The notes under the pieces are model-generated. The model was not told the DNA's origin. It ran no database searches and saw nothing but the letters and a program-made list of their open reading frames with translations. Made by a program: the position numbers and the translations under genes. From Blepharisma stoltei ATCC 30299 (taxonomy: Eukaryota; Protista; Ciliophora): a DNA stretch of 64,000 bases. Positions within the stretch are counted from its first letter, which is position 1. Each line of letters begins with the position of its first letter. Below, piece after piece: positions 1 to 11,347 of the stretch. Location of the stretch: assembly GCA_965603825.1 (NCBI GenBank), contig CBFDEM010000064.1, forward strand, positions 186,001 to 250,000. The letters run 5' to 3'.

Positions 1-720
1 TATGATTCTTTATCTCACAACGCAAAGAGTCTTACTACAAAAATTGATCTGCGGCCTACCAGCTTATTTCTTTCAGGGCTGCCATACGATATCGAGTATC
101 CAGTATACGATGAGCCATATAGCAAGCCGTATATAGTTCTTTTCAATCAAAAAGTCAATGGAAATAGAACTTGTTATGACTTAGGCATCCATCCTCTTCA
201 TTGTTCATGCTTAGTCCTCAAAGAAATCGACCCATCATATTATGATCTTAATTCTGACAACGAGCTAAACATGCTGCTAAAAAGAATAGTCACAGAAACT
301 ATCGTGGCCATTAATTCTGAAGTCTTCACACCTACAGGAATTATAGGAAACTCTATATGCAAAAAATTGACCTTAAAATCTATACAAAAAGCTTTTGGGC
401 TGCAATTGACATCAGTTTTAGAGGAAATTCAAATACAGTTTAATGTGAATGAAAGCGAAAAAGCATTGTTTGAAGTGTATGCTCTTGTAGGATCAAGCCA
501 AAGAACTTCGATATTCCGAAATATAAGAGGGAAAGGAGCACCAATACCTTCTGTATATTTAGATTATAGAATTAGAATTAAAACAATTGGGATCAACAGA
601 AAAGATGCATATGCAGGACCATGTGAAAATTTGAGCAGGGCGAATAACATTAATGCAGAATATTGCATTTGCAAGGATTTTGAGGAAATTAAGCAGAGTT
701 ACCCTAAGCTATTTGATTAA
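1..720 (+). CDS. 5'-truncated CDS; C-terminal part of a DUF229 / alkaline-phosphatase-superfamily-like protein
   Basis: Frame 1 is open from base 1 to TAA at 718-720. The upstream part reads ...SLTTKIDLRPT...NRTCYDLGIHPLHCSC, resembling the DUF229 C-terminal 'RTC.DAGI..H.C.C' pattern. Confidence 0.6.
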   Translation, partial: YDSLSHNAKSLTTKIDLRPTSLFLSGLPYDIEYPVYDEPYSKPYIVLFNQKVNGNRTCYDLGIHPLHCSCLVLKEIDPSYYDLNSDNELNMLLKRIVTETIVAINSEVFTPTGIIGNSICKKLTLKSIQKAFGLQLTSVLEEIQIQFNVNESEKALFEVYALVGSSQRTSIFRNIRGKGAPIPSVYLDYRIRIKTIGINRKDAYAGPCENLSRANNINAEYCICKDFEEIKQSYPKLFD

Positions 721-759
721 TATTTTAGAATAAATAAAAGTGAAAAAGTTAATAAAGCA

Positions 760-1893
760 TTACCATATTAATGTGTTTACGTCCAAAGGCTTGAAATCAC
801 GAAATACGTTTGAGCATATAGGAAGTTCTCGAATTTCTTCATTATAAAACTGAGAAATTGAAGATTCAAGATTTCCAAGAACTTCTCGATCGAATCTTGG
901 CTGGCCTCCTCCATTCAAGCATCCAGTAGGACAAGCCATAATTTCTACATACGAATAATCAAGCTTTCCTTGCTTAATCATCCTTACGATATTTTGGATA
1001 TTCTGAAATCCACTTGCAAAGCAAAATTTCAAATCACGATACTCCATTTCTAATAAATCTCTTCTTCGAGTTGTTTTTATTTCAATCGTTGGGATCTCAC
1101 CATAGAGATTTTCACAAGCTTTTATAAAAATAAATTCTCCATAGCCAAGCGATCCAGATTTATGCTTTGTAGAGGAATAGAAAAGAGGTGCTTCAGGATC
1201 GGGAATGGCGTTTAAGAAGTCATTTTCATTCAGAAACTCTAACAACTCAGTAGTTGTGAGCACCAAATCGACTCCTTTTTCCATTACCGCTTCTAATTTT
1301 TTATCAAAGCAAGGCATCACAGTCACATTATAAAAATCCTGCAATGAATTTATCTCAATTTGTATCATCATAGGTGTTTTTATTCTTGAAAGACAAGGTA
1401 AAATGCACTCATCTGTTTTTTTCTCTGCAAAAAGCACAAATCCTGGGCACTCAGAGCATAATATCGGTAATCGAGATTCTCTAAACCTTTCTAAGAATTC
1501 TTGAGATGCTGCATTCAGTGATATATCTCTGGCTAAATTCATATTAAGGACCCTTTCGACTCCCAAAGATTTCAGCTTTCCTGAGATTTTATTGAAAGCC
1601 TCTTGAGGGGAAATATTGAAATATTTAGAAATTGCAAAAATTGTTTGCTGAGATAAGGAAATTGCCATTCTCATTTGGCCAAGATTTTTTCTAAAAATTT
1701 CTAAGGAATGCTGCTCAAGAAAAACAGCGCTAGATGAAGTAACGCAGCCGCTGCAAGCTAAGCAATCACTTAAACTCACCTGAGCTGTCTGAGCAGAACT
1801 TGTTTTAATCATTGAAGAGTGTACGGAACAATTTGCTGAAGGATTCAAAAAATCGTTCAGATCTGTGATTTTAACAATCCCTGAGAACTCCAT
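760..1893 (-). CDS. NAR1: Cytosolic Fe-S assembly factor Nar1/NARFL (Fe-only hydrogenase-like)
   Basis: MEFSGIVKITDLNDFLNPSANC, SLSDCLACSGCVTS, CSECPG, VMPCFDKKLEA, EIMACPTGCLNGGGQ and a terminal Trp. First ATG is at 1893. Confidence 0.93.
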   Translation of the reverse strand: MEFSGIVKITDLNDFLNPSANCSVHSSMIKTSSAQTAQVSLSDCLACSGCVTSSSAVFLEQHSLEIFRKNLGQMRMAISLSQQTIFAISKYFNISPQEAFNKISGKLKSLGVERVLNMNLARDISLNAASQEFLERFRESRLPILCSECPGFVLFAEKKTDECILPCLSRIKTPMMIQIEINSLQDFYNVTVMPCFDKKLEAVMEKGVDLVLTTTELLEFLNENDFLNAIPDPEAPLFYSSTKHKSGSLGYGEFIFIKACENLYGEIPTIEIKTTRRRDLLEMEYRDLKFCFASGFQNIQNIVRMIKQGKLDYSYVEIMACPTGCLNGGGQPRFDREVLGNLESSISQFYNEEIRELPICSNVFRDFKPLDVNTLIW

Positions 1894-2156
1894 AATTTGC
1901 AAATTATTTTAATATTAAATTAATGATTGGAGAAATATGAATTTTTAAATAAATTACAAGGAAGTATTAAATATTTTTTTATTTAATCAAATTAAAACAA
2001 AAATATTCAAACATCATTATATAACAATAATAAACTTACTAAAGAAATAAAAAATGATTAGCATATGATAAAATCTATCCCTTTTATATAATTAAATATT
2101 CTCTCCATATCTTAAACTAGAAATAAATATTTCTTAAAATTGAGTTGTTAACGAAA

Positions 2157-3671
2157 ATGGAAACAGAAAGTGCAATATCTAGAGCTATCGATATCCTTCG
2201 AAAAACTCCTGAATCAAGATCACAAGACGATATAAACGAACTCATGGAAGCTACCAAATCAATCAAGCTTTTCAGTTCATTAGACAACGAAGATGGAGAA
2301 TCGATTCATCGAGGCTGTTGCAAAGTTCTTGTTTACGCGGAATACGAAAGAGGTGATTATATTTTCCATATTGGCGAAACTGGGGATACTTTTTGTATCG
2401 TCATTCGTGGAAAAGTGAGGATCTTGGTACCGCCTACTAAAAAGTTTCCAAGATCGGCTATAACCAGCTCTCTGCCTATTTTTAAATCAGACAACCTGCA
2501 ATGTGTAGACACTATGGGCCCTGGATCATCATTTGGGGAATTGTCGTTACTAAGAGGAATGCCACGATCAGCAAGTATTCAATGTGCAGAACCTACCATA
2601 GTCGCGATTCTTAAAAAATCAGATTACACAGCTCTGATTGGAACGATTCATGAAAAAAGGTTCAATGCAAAGCTAAATTTTTTACAATCATTACCGGAAT
2701 TCAAAAAATGGGCTAAAAATGCTCTATCAAAGCTGAGTTATTATTTTAAATATGAAAGTTTTTACAGAGGGCAGGCGGTATATAAAGAAGGAGATACAGT
2801 TGACAAAGTTTATGTAATAAAATCAGGAGAGTTTAAATTTACACAAAAACACACAATTTCATACGAAAAAGAACAAAAAGCTGGGGAGTATATAAATCCA
2901 AGGCTGGAGATGGCACTTAACCTATTAAAGCATTCCCCAAATAAAGTAAGAAAAAATAAAGACCTCCAAATACTTGTTAAGCAGCAAGGCGAATTTTTTG
3001 GCTTAGAAGATGTCATTAATGAGCGCCCTAAACGGCCTGTTACTTGTATGTGCAACTCACTTCTTGGAGAAGTATATGTGATCTCTGATAAAGAATTAAA
3101 AAAAAGGATCCCAAACCCAGAAACCTGAGGGTTTTTGGGTACTCAGCAAGATGCTCATGAGGAATGGCTTTCTAAAAGAATTGAATGTTTAAAAGAAATA
3201 GAAAAAAATAAACTTCAACGGCAATTTACTACAATAAGTGCCAGAAAAATATTAGACAATGCTGGAAATATACGAAAAGACCCTTATTCATATAGAGAAA
3301 TGGAAAGCAGATGTGCATCTAGACTTGAAACGCCAGAAAGTCGATGCCAATCAAGACTTGAGACATTAGAAAGTAGATATGGAACTAGATTAAATACCGA
3401 AGAAAATAAAAGTGCAAGGTATGAGAGCAAAAATAGGTTATATACACAAGAATCAAGCACTCGAGCTCATAATGCAAGCTTTATTGATAATAATGAGTCA
3501 TTTACAAAGCTGTTTCCAAATGAGAGTAATGCAAAAATAAGACCATCTACATCTTCAAGATATTCTCAGTCAACATCTCCATCAAAAACAAGGCTTTGCT
3601 TAACCCCGGAATTAAGTGGGAAAATTTTAAAGTCTCAGGCTGGTAGGCTAGGAAGGAAAAACTTTTTGTAA
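2157..3671 (+). CDS. Tandem cyclic-nucleotide-binding-domain protein
   Basis: FGELSLLRGMPRSASI and FFGLED...RPVT cNMP motifs. The two track ORFs are in the same frame, joined by TGA(Trp) at 3126-3128; ends in TAA. Confidence 0.85.
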
Positions 3672-4116
3672 TTTTTTAATTAATGATAATTAGCTAATTA
3701 TCATAAATTGGTATTATTAAAAATTATAAATTTTCATTACGAATATCTATCAAATTATCTATCTATGGATAAATTATTAAAATCAAAAGCAATTAAGCAA
3801 GCGAAAATGACTGAATAAAACAAGAGAAAAATATTTCATATTAAATAAATATAACCTTGAGATAGGCAGCCGTGCAACTTGAAATAGCCTGAAATGCAAT
3901 TATCTATTAATTTAATGACTGCAAAATACTTATTATAAAGCTCATAAATTAACTAAAAAAGATTTCTTTAAAACATACATTTCTTATTACAAGAGATCTT
4001 TTACCTATTTGATGATCATGTTTCAATGATTATTATCAGTTCATTTTAGCTTTATTTAGCAATAAATCTAAATGATATTCATATATATAAAATTCTCTCT
4101 CCATATTAGTTTAACT

Positions 4117-6123
4117 ATGGAAGCATCAAACTTATTCTATGGAGTGATAGACACTAAATCTTATTTAAACGTCGACGACATCAATGGAATAGGTCTCGGT
4201 AGCTTTCCCAAAAAATTCCAAGACCCCTCAATAGACTTCGCACTCTTCAAAATCGCTACATATGCCCAAACCGAACTGGTACCAGAAAAAATTAATTTTG
4301 TTAGAGAAATTTCAGACACTTGCAGAGAGCTTGGTCCTTACTCTGAAGAATTTATAATTCCTATAATAAATTCTCTTACAGACGAATCAAGCGAAATAAA
4401 AATTTTACTGGCATCAAAAATTCCTGATTTAACCTCATTTTTTGTCCAGGAAACTAGAAATTTTCAAGCCATTAACAAAGGGATCATCCCAGTAATCAAA
4501 AAACTGCTATCAGATGAAATTGATGTGTCAAAGGCGATGGTTGATAATTTATTGTCAATCGCATCATTAATGAGCTTTGAATTAATTCAAAGTGAGCTGT
4601 CTGACATTATTAATGAAATGCTGAAAGATGAAAACAATGAAGAAGATATCGCAATTGGGATTGATTTAGTAAAAGGGTTAATGAAAACACATGGAATTGG
4701 GGTTTGGCAACTTTATATTGCTGAAGTGCTAGAAAGGCTAATACAAAGCAATTCAATTAAAATTAAAAAGAGCTTAATTGGAGTACTGGGGACTGCATGC
4801 GAAACTTTTCCTTATGAATATGTGAAAGATGAAATAATCCAAATGTTCTTAACTCTCTCACAAGATGGAAATTGGGGAATAAGAAAAGCTTGCTCAGAAG
4901 CAATTATCCCCTTTTTCAAGGTCTGTGATGCAGAAACCCTAAACAAGTTCATTTTACCAGTTTTTTATAAATTTTTAAAAGATAAGTCAAAATGGGTCCA
5001 GCAAGAATCCCAAAATCTTCTCCCACAAGTAATAGTCTATTTCAAAGGCGAAATCCCAGAAAAGCTAATAAAAACATATTGTACAATCCCAGACGCAACT
5101 GATGCAGCTTATTTCCGAGCATTTTATTTCCCAGGGGTTTTGTTGAAATTAGGTAAAGAGTCTTGGAATGATTTGAAAAAATTATTTATGAAACTCTGCA
5201 CATCAGAATTTAAAATAAAAATGTGCATTGCTTCTTCTTTGCATGAAATAGCCAAAATTTTAGGATCTGAAACAACAGAAAAAGATTTAGTTGAATTTTT
5301 AGAAGATTTTATTAAAAATGACTCAACAAAATCTAAAGCCTTGACTATTCTAGCTAAATTTTTAGTAGAAGTAAAAGACTCAAGAATCAAAGAAAAGTTT
5401 TTGGTTTATTTTAAAGAAATGGCGGACTCAAATAACTGGAGGGTTCGTGAACTTTTAGCAGGGGAATTACATGAGTTGATTCCTGTTTATAATAGAGATA
5501 TTCTTAATGGGGAAATTTTCAATATAATTCAAAATCTATGCAGAGATAGTGTTAATATTGTAAGGAAAAAAGCGTGCAGAAGCTTAGGAAATATTGCACT
5601 TTTTATGATAAACCAAAAACAAGGAGAAAACTATATAAATTTAATCAAAAATATTGCAAAGGATTCAAATTGCCATATAAGGATTGGCTTTGTTGAGGCA
5701 GCAAAAAGTTTATGCATGGATTATGAACTTTTTATAGAGAATTTTAAAGAAAATATTGAAGAAATTTCAAAGGATCCTGTGAATAATATAAGACTGGCTT
5801 GTACAGATCTCATAAAGCTTGGAGTGAAGTATAACTCAGCAGAGTTTTGGCAAGAAATTAAAGGTGAAATGTCAAGAGATTATGATGAAGACGTCAAATA
5901 CGAATTAATTGGAAAGTATGAAAAATCTCGTGGGGTTGAGCCATTAGAGCCTGGCCATGGAGAAAATTTCATATTATTCCCACCTGTATTTAGGTCAATT
6001 CATGCAATAGAAACAGTAGATAAAACAGAACTGATTTCTCCTGTTGAAGCGAAACTAGTAGCAATATCAAGCTATATTGAGTTAGAAAATCACATGCCGA
6101 AAGATATAGAGCTATCAGCATAA
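4117..6123 (+). CDS. PPP4R1: HEAT-repeat phosphatase scaffold, PP4 regulatory subunit 1-like
   Basis: HEAT motifs (DGNWGIRKAC, DKSKWV, NNWRVRE). AFYFPGVLLKLGKESWNDLK resembles the PP4R1 'AYSLPGVALTLGRQNW' segment. ATG at 4117 is preferred over 4072. Confidence 0.75.
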   Translation: MEASNLFYGVIDTKSYLNVDDINGIGLGSFPKKFQDPSIDFALFKIATYAQTELVPEKINFVREISDTCRELGPYSEEFIIPIINSLTDESSEIKILLASKIPDLTSFFVQETRNFQAINKGIIPVIKKLLSDEIDVSKAMVDNLLSIASLMSFELIQSELSDIINEMLKDENNEEDIAIGIDLVKGLMKTHGIGVWQLYIAEVLERLIQSNSIKIKKSLIGVLGTACETFPYEYVKDEIIQMFLTLSQDGNWGIRKACSEAIIPFFKVCDAETLNKFILPVFYKFLKDKSKWVQQESQNLLPQVIVYFKGEIPEKLIKTYCTIPDATDAAYFRAFYFPGVLLKLGKESWNDLKKLFMKLCTSEFKIKMCIASSLHEIAKILGSETTEKDLVEFLEDFIKNDSTKSKALTILAKFLVEVKDSRIKEKFLVYFKEMADSNNWRVRELLAGELHELIPVYNRDILNGEIFNIIQNLCRDSVNIVRKKACRSLGNIALFMINQKQGENYINLIKNIAKDSNCHIRIGFVEAAKSLCMDYELFIENFKENIEEISKDPVNNIRLACTDLIKLGVKYNSAEFWQEIKGEMSRDYDEDVKYELIGKYEKSRGVEPLEPGHGENFILFPPVFRSIHAIETVDKTELISPVEAKLVAISSYIELENHMPKDIELSA

Positions 6124-6614
6124 ATAACAAATAATTAATATAAAATTTCATAAACTTGCTTATCAGCAAAAATTTAAATTGATTATGAATTTAAAATATC
6201 AGACTTTTTCAACACCATTTTTTTGTTATTTATTCATATTGGTATAAACTTCATTTATTATTAAATTAATATTTGAATTAAAGGTTTCATCAGTTTTTTC
6301 TTCAAAAATATATTGCTAACTTTAGATAGGCTGACTTAGAATTAATATAGCATGATTCTTATAGAGTGCAAATCTTAGCTATTCCGGAATAATCAGACAG
6401 CTATTAAATCGTAATTTTCGATTTAATTATTCGTTAGATCATCGAAACAATTTAATGCTGTTTTATTAACTTCCCAAGGCTTTTCTGAGATATATATCTA
6501 TCATTAAGCAGCTAAAATCTATATTCTGTTACGTCGAAATTAAACCAATTATTATTCCGACATTATTTTAGAAAGTTGGCGATATTAGACTTATATTTAT
6601 AAAATAAGAATTTA

Positions 6615-7676
6615 ATGGGAAACAACGTAGATGCAGTCCTAGAAGGAGGCAAGAATCATCAATTAATGAAGCCCTCTGACTTCAAATTCCATTACCTCAT
6701 AGGTAAAGGAGGGTTTGGCCGTGTGTGGAAAGGAGAGTTAAAAAGAACAAAGCAAGTTTTTGCAATAAAAGAGATGCAGAAGTCACGAATTGTAAGCAAA
6801 AGAAGCGTTGGTTCAGTTATGAATGAGAGGAAACTGCTTTCAATCATAAAGCATCCTTTCATTGTCAACATGGAGTATGCATGGCAAGATATAAACAATT
6901 TATATTTAGCCATGGACTATGTACCTGGTGGTGATTTAAGGTACCATTTAATAAAAAATGAAAGATTTACAGAAAAACAAACAAAATTTTTTGTAGCGTG
7001 TATTGTTACTGGATTAGAATATATACACTTGAATGGGATTATCCATAGAGATATTAAGCCTGAGAACTTGGTGCTTGACTCAAGAGGATATGTAAAAATA
7101 GCAGATTTTGGAATCGCAAAGAGGATTGGCCCTTGGCTTGAAAGAGAAAGTTCTGGGACACCTGGATATATGGCTCCAGAAGTAATGTGCAGCAAAATGC
7201 ATGGATTTGCTGCAGATTTTTTTGCATTAGGTGCGGTAACTTTTGAATTTATGACAGGTTATCGACCCTATTGGGGAAGAAACAGAAGAGAATTAAAAGA
7301 TATCATGTTAAGCCAGCAAGTACAGCTGAAAAGAAAAGACATTCCAGAAGGATGGTCTTATGAAGCTGCAGATTTTATAAATAAACTTTTAAAAAGGAAA
7401 CCTGAGGAAAGACTTGGTTTTAATGGCCCGCAAGAGGTAAAAAATCATCAATGGCTTCGAGACTACAATTGGAAAGACCTATTTTCTAAAAAAATTGAAG
7501 CACCTTTTAAGCCAGGCAGAAAAGATGATAATTTCGATAAAACTGCTCAGGAAGATTGGCTTGACGATATGGACAGCAAAACCTTTAATACTTCTTTGCA
7601 AGACCTATTTGAAGGCTTTGCTTTTGACAACAAAAAAAATCATGGAAGCGATGAGAATACTCAGCTATTGAGTTAA
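6615..7676 (+). CDS. AGC-family Ser/Thr protein kinase
   Basis: GKGGFG, FAIK, HRDIKPEN, DFG, GTPGYMAPE and an AGC C-tail (APFKP...NFD...FEGF). Confidence 0.95.
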   Translation: MGNNVDAVLEGGKNHQLMKPSDFKFHYLIGKGGFGRVWKGELKRTKQVFAIKEMQKSRIVSKRSVGSVMNERKLLSIIKHPFIVNMEYAWQDINNLYLAMDYVPGGDLRYHLIKNERFTEKQTKFFVACIVTGLEYIHLNGIIHRDIKPENLVLDSRGYVKIADFGIAKRIGPWLERESSGTPGYMAPEVMCSKMHGFAADFFALGAVTFEFMTGYRPYWGRNRRELKDIMLSQQVQLKRKDIPEGWSYEAADFINKLLKRKPEERLGFNGPQEVKNHQWLRDYNWKDLFSKKIEAPFKPGRKDDNFDKTAQEDWLDDMDSKTFNTSLQDLFEGFAFDNKKNHGSDENTQLLS

Positions 7677-8162
7677 TTGCTAAAATAATATTAAATTAAA
7701 TATTCTCAAAATTATCATTCTTAAACCTAAACAAGCTATTTATTTTATTTTCGAGCAAAAACTAAAAGACAAAAAACGATTCTCAAATAATGTTTCTGAT
7801 TAGGGGCAGAACTCATTTATTATGAGATTAATTAAATTAACATTTTAAGTAGCCATGCCTAATGGCAATCTTAAATTCTTTACAGCATTCTGTTACTGCT
7901 TGCAGGCTTTAAAATCAATTTTATTATGAAAGATAATGGGCAAAATATTAATTATATAAAACTGAGCATCTTTGGTTTAGGATCTAGTAAATATAAAATA
8001 GAATAAATCGATTTAATTCAAATCTTATCTTATCTTCAAAAAATAATACCTTTCTGAGAAATTAATAAAAATTATTTTCAGCTTAAATTTATTGCCTGCA
8101 AAATTATTATTGAATTTTATTATCTTATTTACAATAAACTAAAAATGAAATCATTATATATC

Positions 8163-8384
8163 TTAATTCAGACTTTGCAAGTACTCCAACAGCCTTTGAT
8201 TTTGAGGGCTCATTTTTGCACCTGTAAAATCACAATTACAAACTATTAGTTCTCCGTTCATTGATGACCAGATCAAGCTTGACTTTCGAGGTTCTGAATC
8301 TGCACATGAGTCACATCCAGAGTCTTTACAAGTCTTTTTTGATTCTTTAGTGTCCTTATCACAATTTTTACATTCGCTTTCCAT
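8163..8384 (-). CDS. Small Cys-rich hypothetical protein (73 aa)
   Basis: ATG in an A-rich context like neighbouring genes, TAA stop, GC above the flanks, CKNC/CDSC/CNC motifs. Confidence 0.5.
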   Translation of the reverse strand: MESECKNCDKDTKESKKTCKDSGCDSCADSEPRKSSLIWSSMNGELIVCNCDFTGAKMSPQNQRLLEYLQSLN

Positions 8385-9282
8385 ATTTTATAAAATTAAA
8401 TCACTGATTTATCACGAAAATAGCCGAGTGCAACTATATTGAAAAATACAAGAAGCAATCAGCATAGCAATACATCACATAAAGCACTCTAGTCTTTTCA
8501 CTAGCTGGATGGGAGCACCTTTGATACTTTAATATTCAGAATGGGAAAAATGAAAACATATAATCGTTTTATGCTGGGAAGTAATATGGACAGTCTAGAG
8601 AGAACAGTCTTAGCAGGGAGGTGAATGTAAAGCCTTCCTAGGCATGGACTGGAGTTATAGCTAGAGTTCAGGCTCGAATATTTATCCATGGGAGGAGGAC
8701 GAGAAGCCCACGCACTTATAACATTCCCATCGAGATCGATTAATCTGGATTTTTCTATTCATGGGTTGGGTCTATTCCTGGAAGTAGATTCTCGTGGTTC
8801 GAAGCGAAATCTCCATGTAGCAGGGGAAAATGGCTGCCGGAACTTGGTCCTGAAAAATGCAAACTTAGTCAGGCTAAGCGCAATGAAAAAAGACTAATTC
8901 TATTCTTATCTAGTGAAACTTAATACAAGCCAAATGGGTCCAAGCAACTATTTAAGAGAGCCAAAAGAGCTGACCGACAGAGATTGAGATCTAAAGATGC
9001 AAATTACTGCCATGAATTCACAAAGTTTGGATGGAAGAAAGAGATGAAAAGGAAGAGAAACCAAATATAGGAATTATGCTATTATGAAAATTTTTCCAAA
9101 TTAGCTTATGATAAATAAAAAATAAGGGCACTCAAGCACAATACCACGTAATTTATTATAATTATAATTTAAATAATGATTCTGTTTTTATATTTTAGCA
9201 ATCATTAAATGCTTTTCCGCATCAATTTATGTTTAAGAGCCAAGATCAGGAGCAAATTTTTGAATTTCATTAACAATAAAAT

Positions 9283-11295
9283 ATGCAAAAAGTTAGCCAA
9301 AAAGAGCAGCTTCAAATAGAAAATCGAGAACAAAATAAAAATAATAGAGAAGCTGAGGCAAAATTCAAAGAAGGAAGGACCCTTCTTCGTGACGCTAGAA
9401 CTCCCGAACAGTTTGAAGAAGCAGCTCAATGTTTTTCTGACGCAATAAGCCTAAGAGAAGACAAAGGAATTTACTGAGCTTATAGAGGTATTGCATTCAG
9501 AAATATAGGCTGGTTTCGACGTGCATCCTGTGATTTTTCTATGGCCATTCAGCTGGACTCAGGATATCCTCAACATTATGCTGAGCGTGGAATTTGTTAT
9601 CAAAAAATGGGTAGGCTTGAAGAAGCGCTTGAAGACTTTAATGAAGCTATATATTTAGAGCCAGCAAATGGACATTACTATTACTCGCGTGCTATCGTGT
9701 ACAGTAAAATGGGAAAATACGATCAAGCAGTTGACGATTATACAAAGGCCATAACTGCTTTGCAAGACCCATTTCAAGCTTTATGTAACCGTGGAAATTG
9801 CTACAGGAGACTTGAGAAAATGGACTTATCTATTTCAGACTTGAAAAAAGCTGTCACAATGCAGCAAGACAACGTGAATGCTAGAAATAACCTTGGACTG
9901 AGCTATTTTGAAAACAAAGAATTTGACCAAGCTCTATTGGAGTTTAACAAAGCTATAGAAATGGATAAAGAGAACCCAACCTTGTACTATAATAGAGGCA
10001 TTGTTTTTTATCATATGGAGGAGAATGAAGCTGCTTTAAAAGATTTCAATAAAGCTATAGAGCTAGACTATCAAGACCCAAATTATTATTTTAATAGAGG
10101 AAACACATATTTGGCTATGGAAAATTATAATAAAGCCTATAGTGATTTTGATAGAGCAATAGGTCTTGCCCCTCAAAATCCTAAATTTTATCATTCAAAA
10201 GGTCTTGCCTTCCAAAAAGAAGAAAAATACAATGAAGCTATTGAAATGTTTTCTAAAGCTTTAGACATAGCTCCCGATCATGTTGCTTCTAGATACCATT
10301 TAGGCTTGATGCTTCATAAATCAGGGCATTTTCCACAGGCTTTGCAAGCCTTTACAAAAGTTTTAGATCTTGTAGGGGAAGATAGGCTTGTTTATGAAAG
10401 TCGTGGAAGGCTTTATCAAGATATGAGAAACCATGAAATCGCAATAAGAGATTTCAATAAAGCAATTTCAATTGACCCACATAGTCCTGATGCATACATA
10501 TTTAGAGGAATTTCTCTGCTGAAACTAGGCAAGCCAGAAAACTCGATAACAGATTTTGATAAAGCAATTGAATTGAACTCTGAAAGTCCATTAATAGATA
10601 ACGGACTAGGTTGTGCCCACAAAGCATTGGGAAACTTCGAAGATGCCTTAATTCATATGTCAACAGCAATTGACAAAGAGCCTTCTTCAGTTGATTTTCT
10701 AATGGATCGGGCAGGCTTACATTGTGATATGCATCATTACCCAAGTGCTGTTGAAGACCTTACCAAAGCTTTAGAACTCCATCCAGAAGATCCTCAGCTG
10801 TTTTATAAACGTGGCCTAGCTTATTATAAAAATGAAAACTATGAAGAAGCTATAAAAGACTTCAAGCAAAGCTTGTCCTTCCACCCATTTCCTACCTATA
10901 AGCCAGATATTCATTATCATTTAGGCCTTGCCTATGCATGCTTAGAAATGTTTGAAAAAGCTATAAAGCCTTTCACAAAATGCATTGATTTGTGTCCAAA
11001 TGAAGCTGTCTATTATCACGAAAGAGCAAAAGCTTATCAAATGGTCGACAAAAATGCAGAAGCTCTTGAGGATTTCGGCAACGTTATTAAGCTGCAGCCT
11101 AATAACGCTCATGCCTTTTTTAGAAGAGCTTTTAGTCAAAAAGCTTTGAAATTCTATCAAGAAGCTGCTGAAGATTTTAGTAGAGCTAGAACTCTGCAAC
11201 CAAAAAATCCAGCCCTGGTGATTAATGCTAAAAAAGTGCATGGGGTGAAATGCATTGTACTTTGTAAGCCTGGACAAGAGCCAAATTTTAACTAA
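9283..11295 (+). CDS. Multi-TPR repeat protein
   Basis: Serial 34-aa TPRs (YYNRG...AI.DF.KAIEL.P). The 9283 and 9541 ORFs are one frame, joined via TGA(Trp) at 9475-9477. Confidence 0.9.
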
Positions 11296-11347
11296 TATTT
11301 TAATTTTATTACTAGCAGAATGTAAAAACCCTATTTAATTTTAAATC

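Noticed and set aside
760-1893. [FeFe]-hydrogenase
   Set aside because: The N-terminal DLNDF..PS..C, SLSDCLACSGC and terminal Trp identify Nar1/NARFL; no hydrogenase accessory domains are present.
8790-8815. GGTTCGAA resembling a tRNA T-loop
   Set aside because: No T-stem, D-arm or acceptor stem could be built around it.
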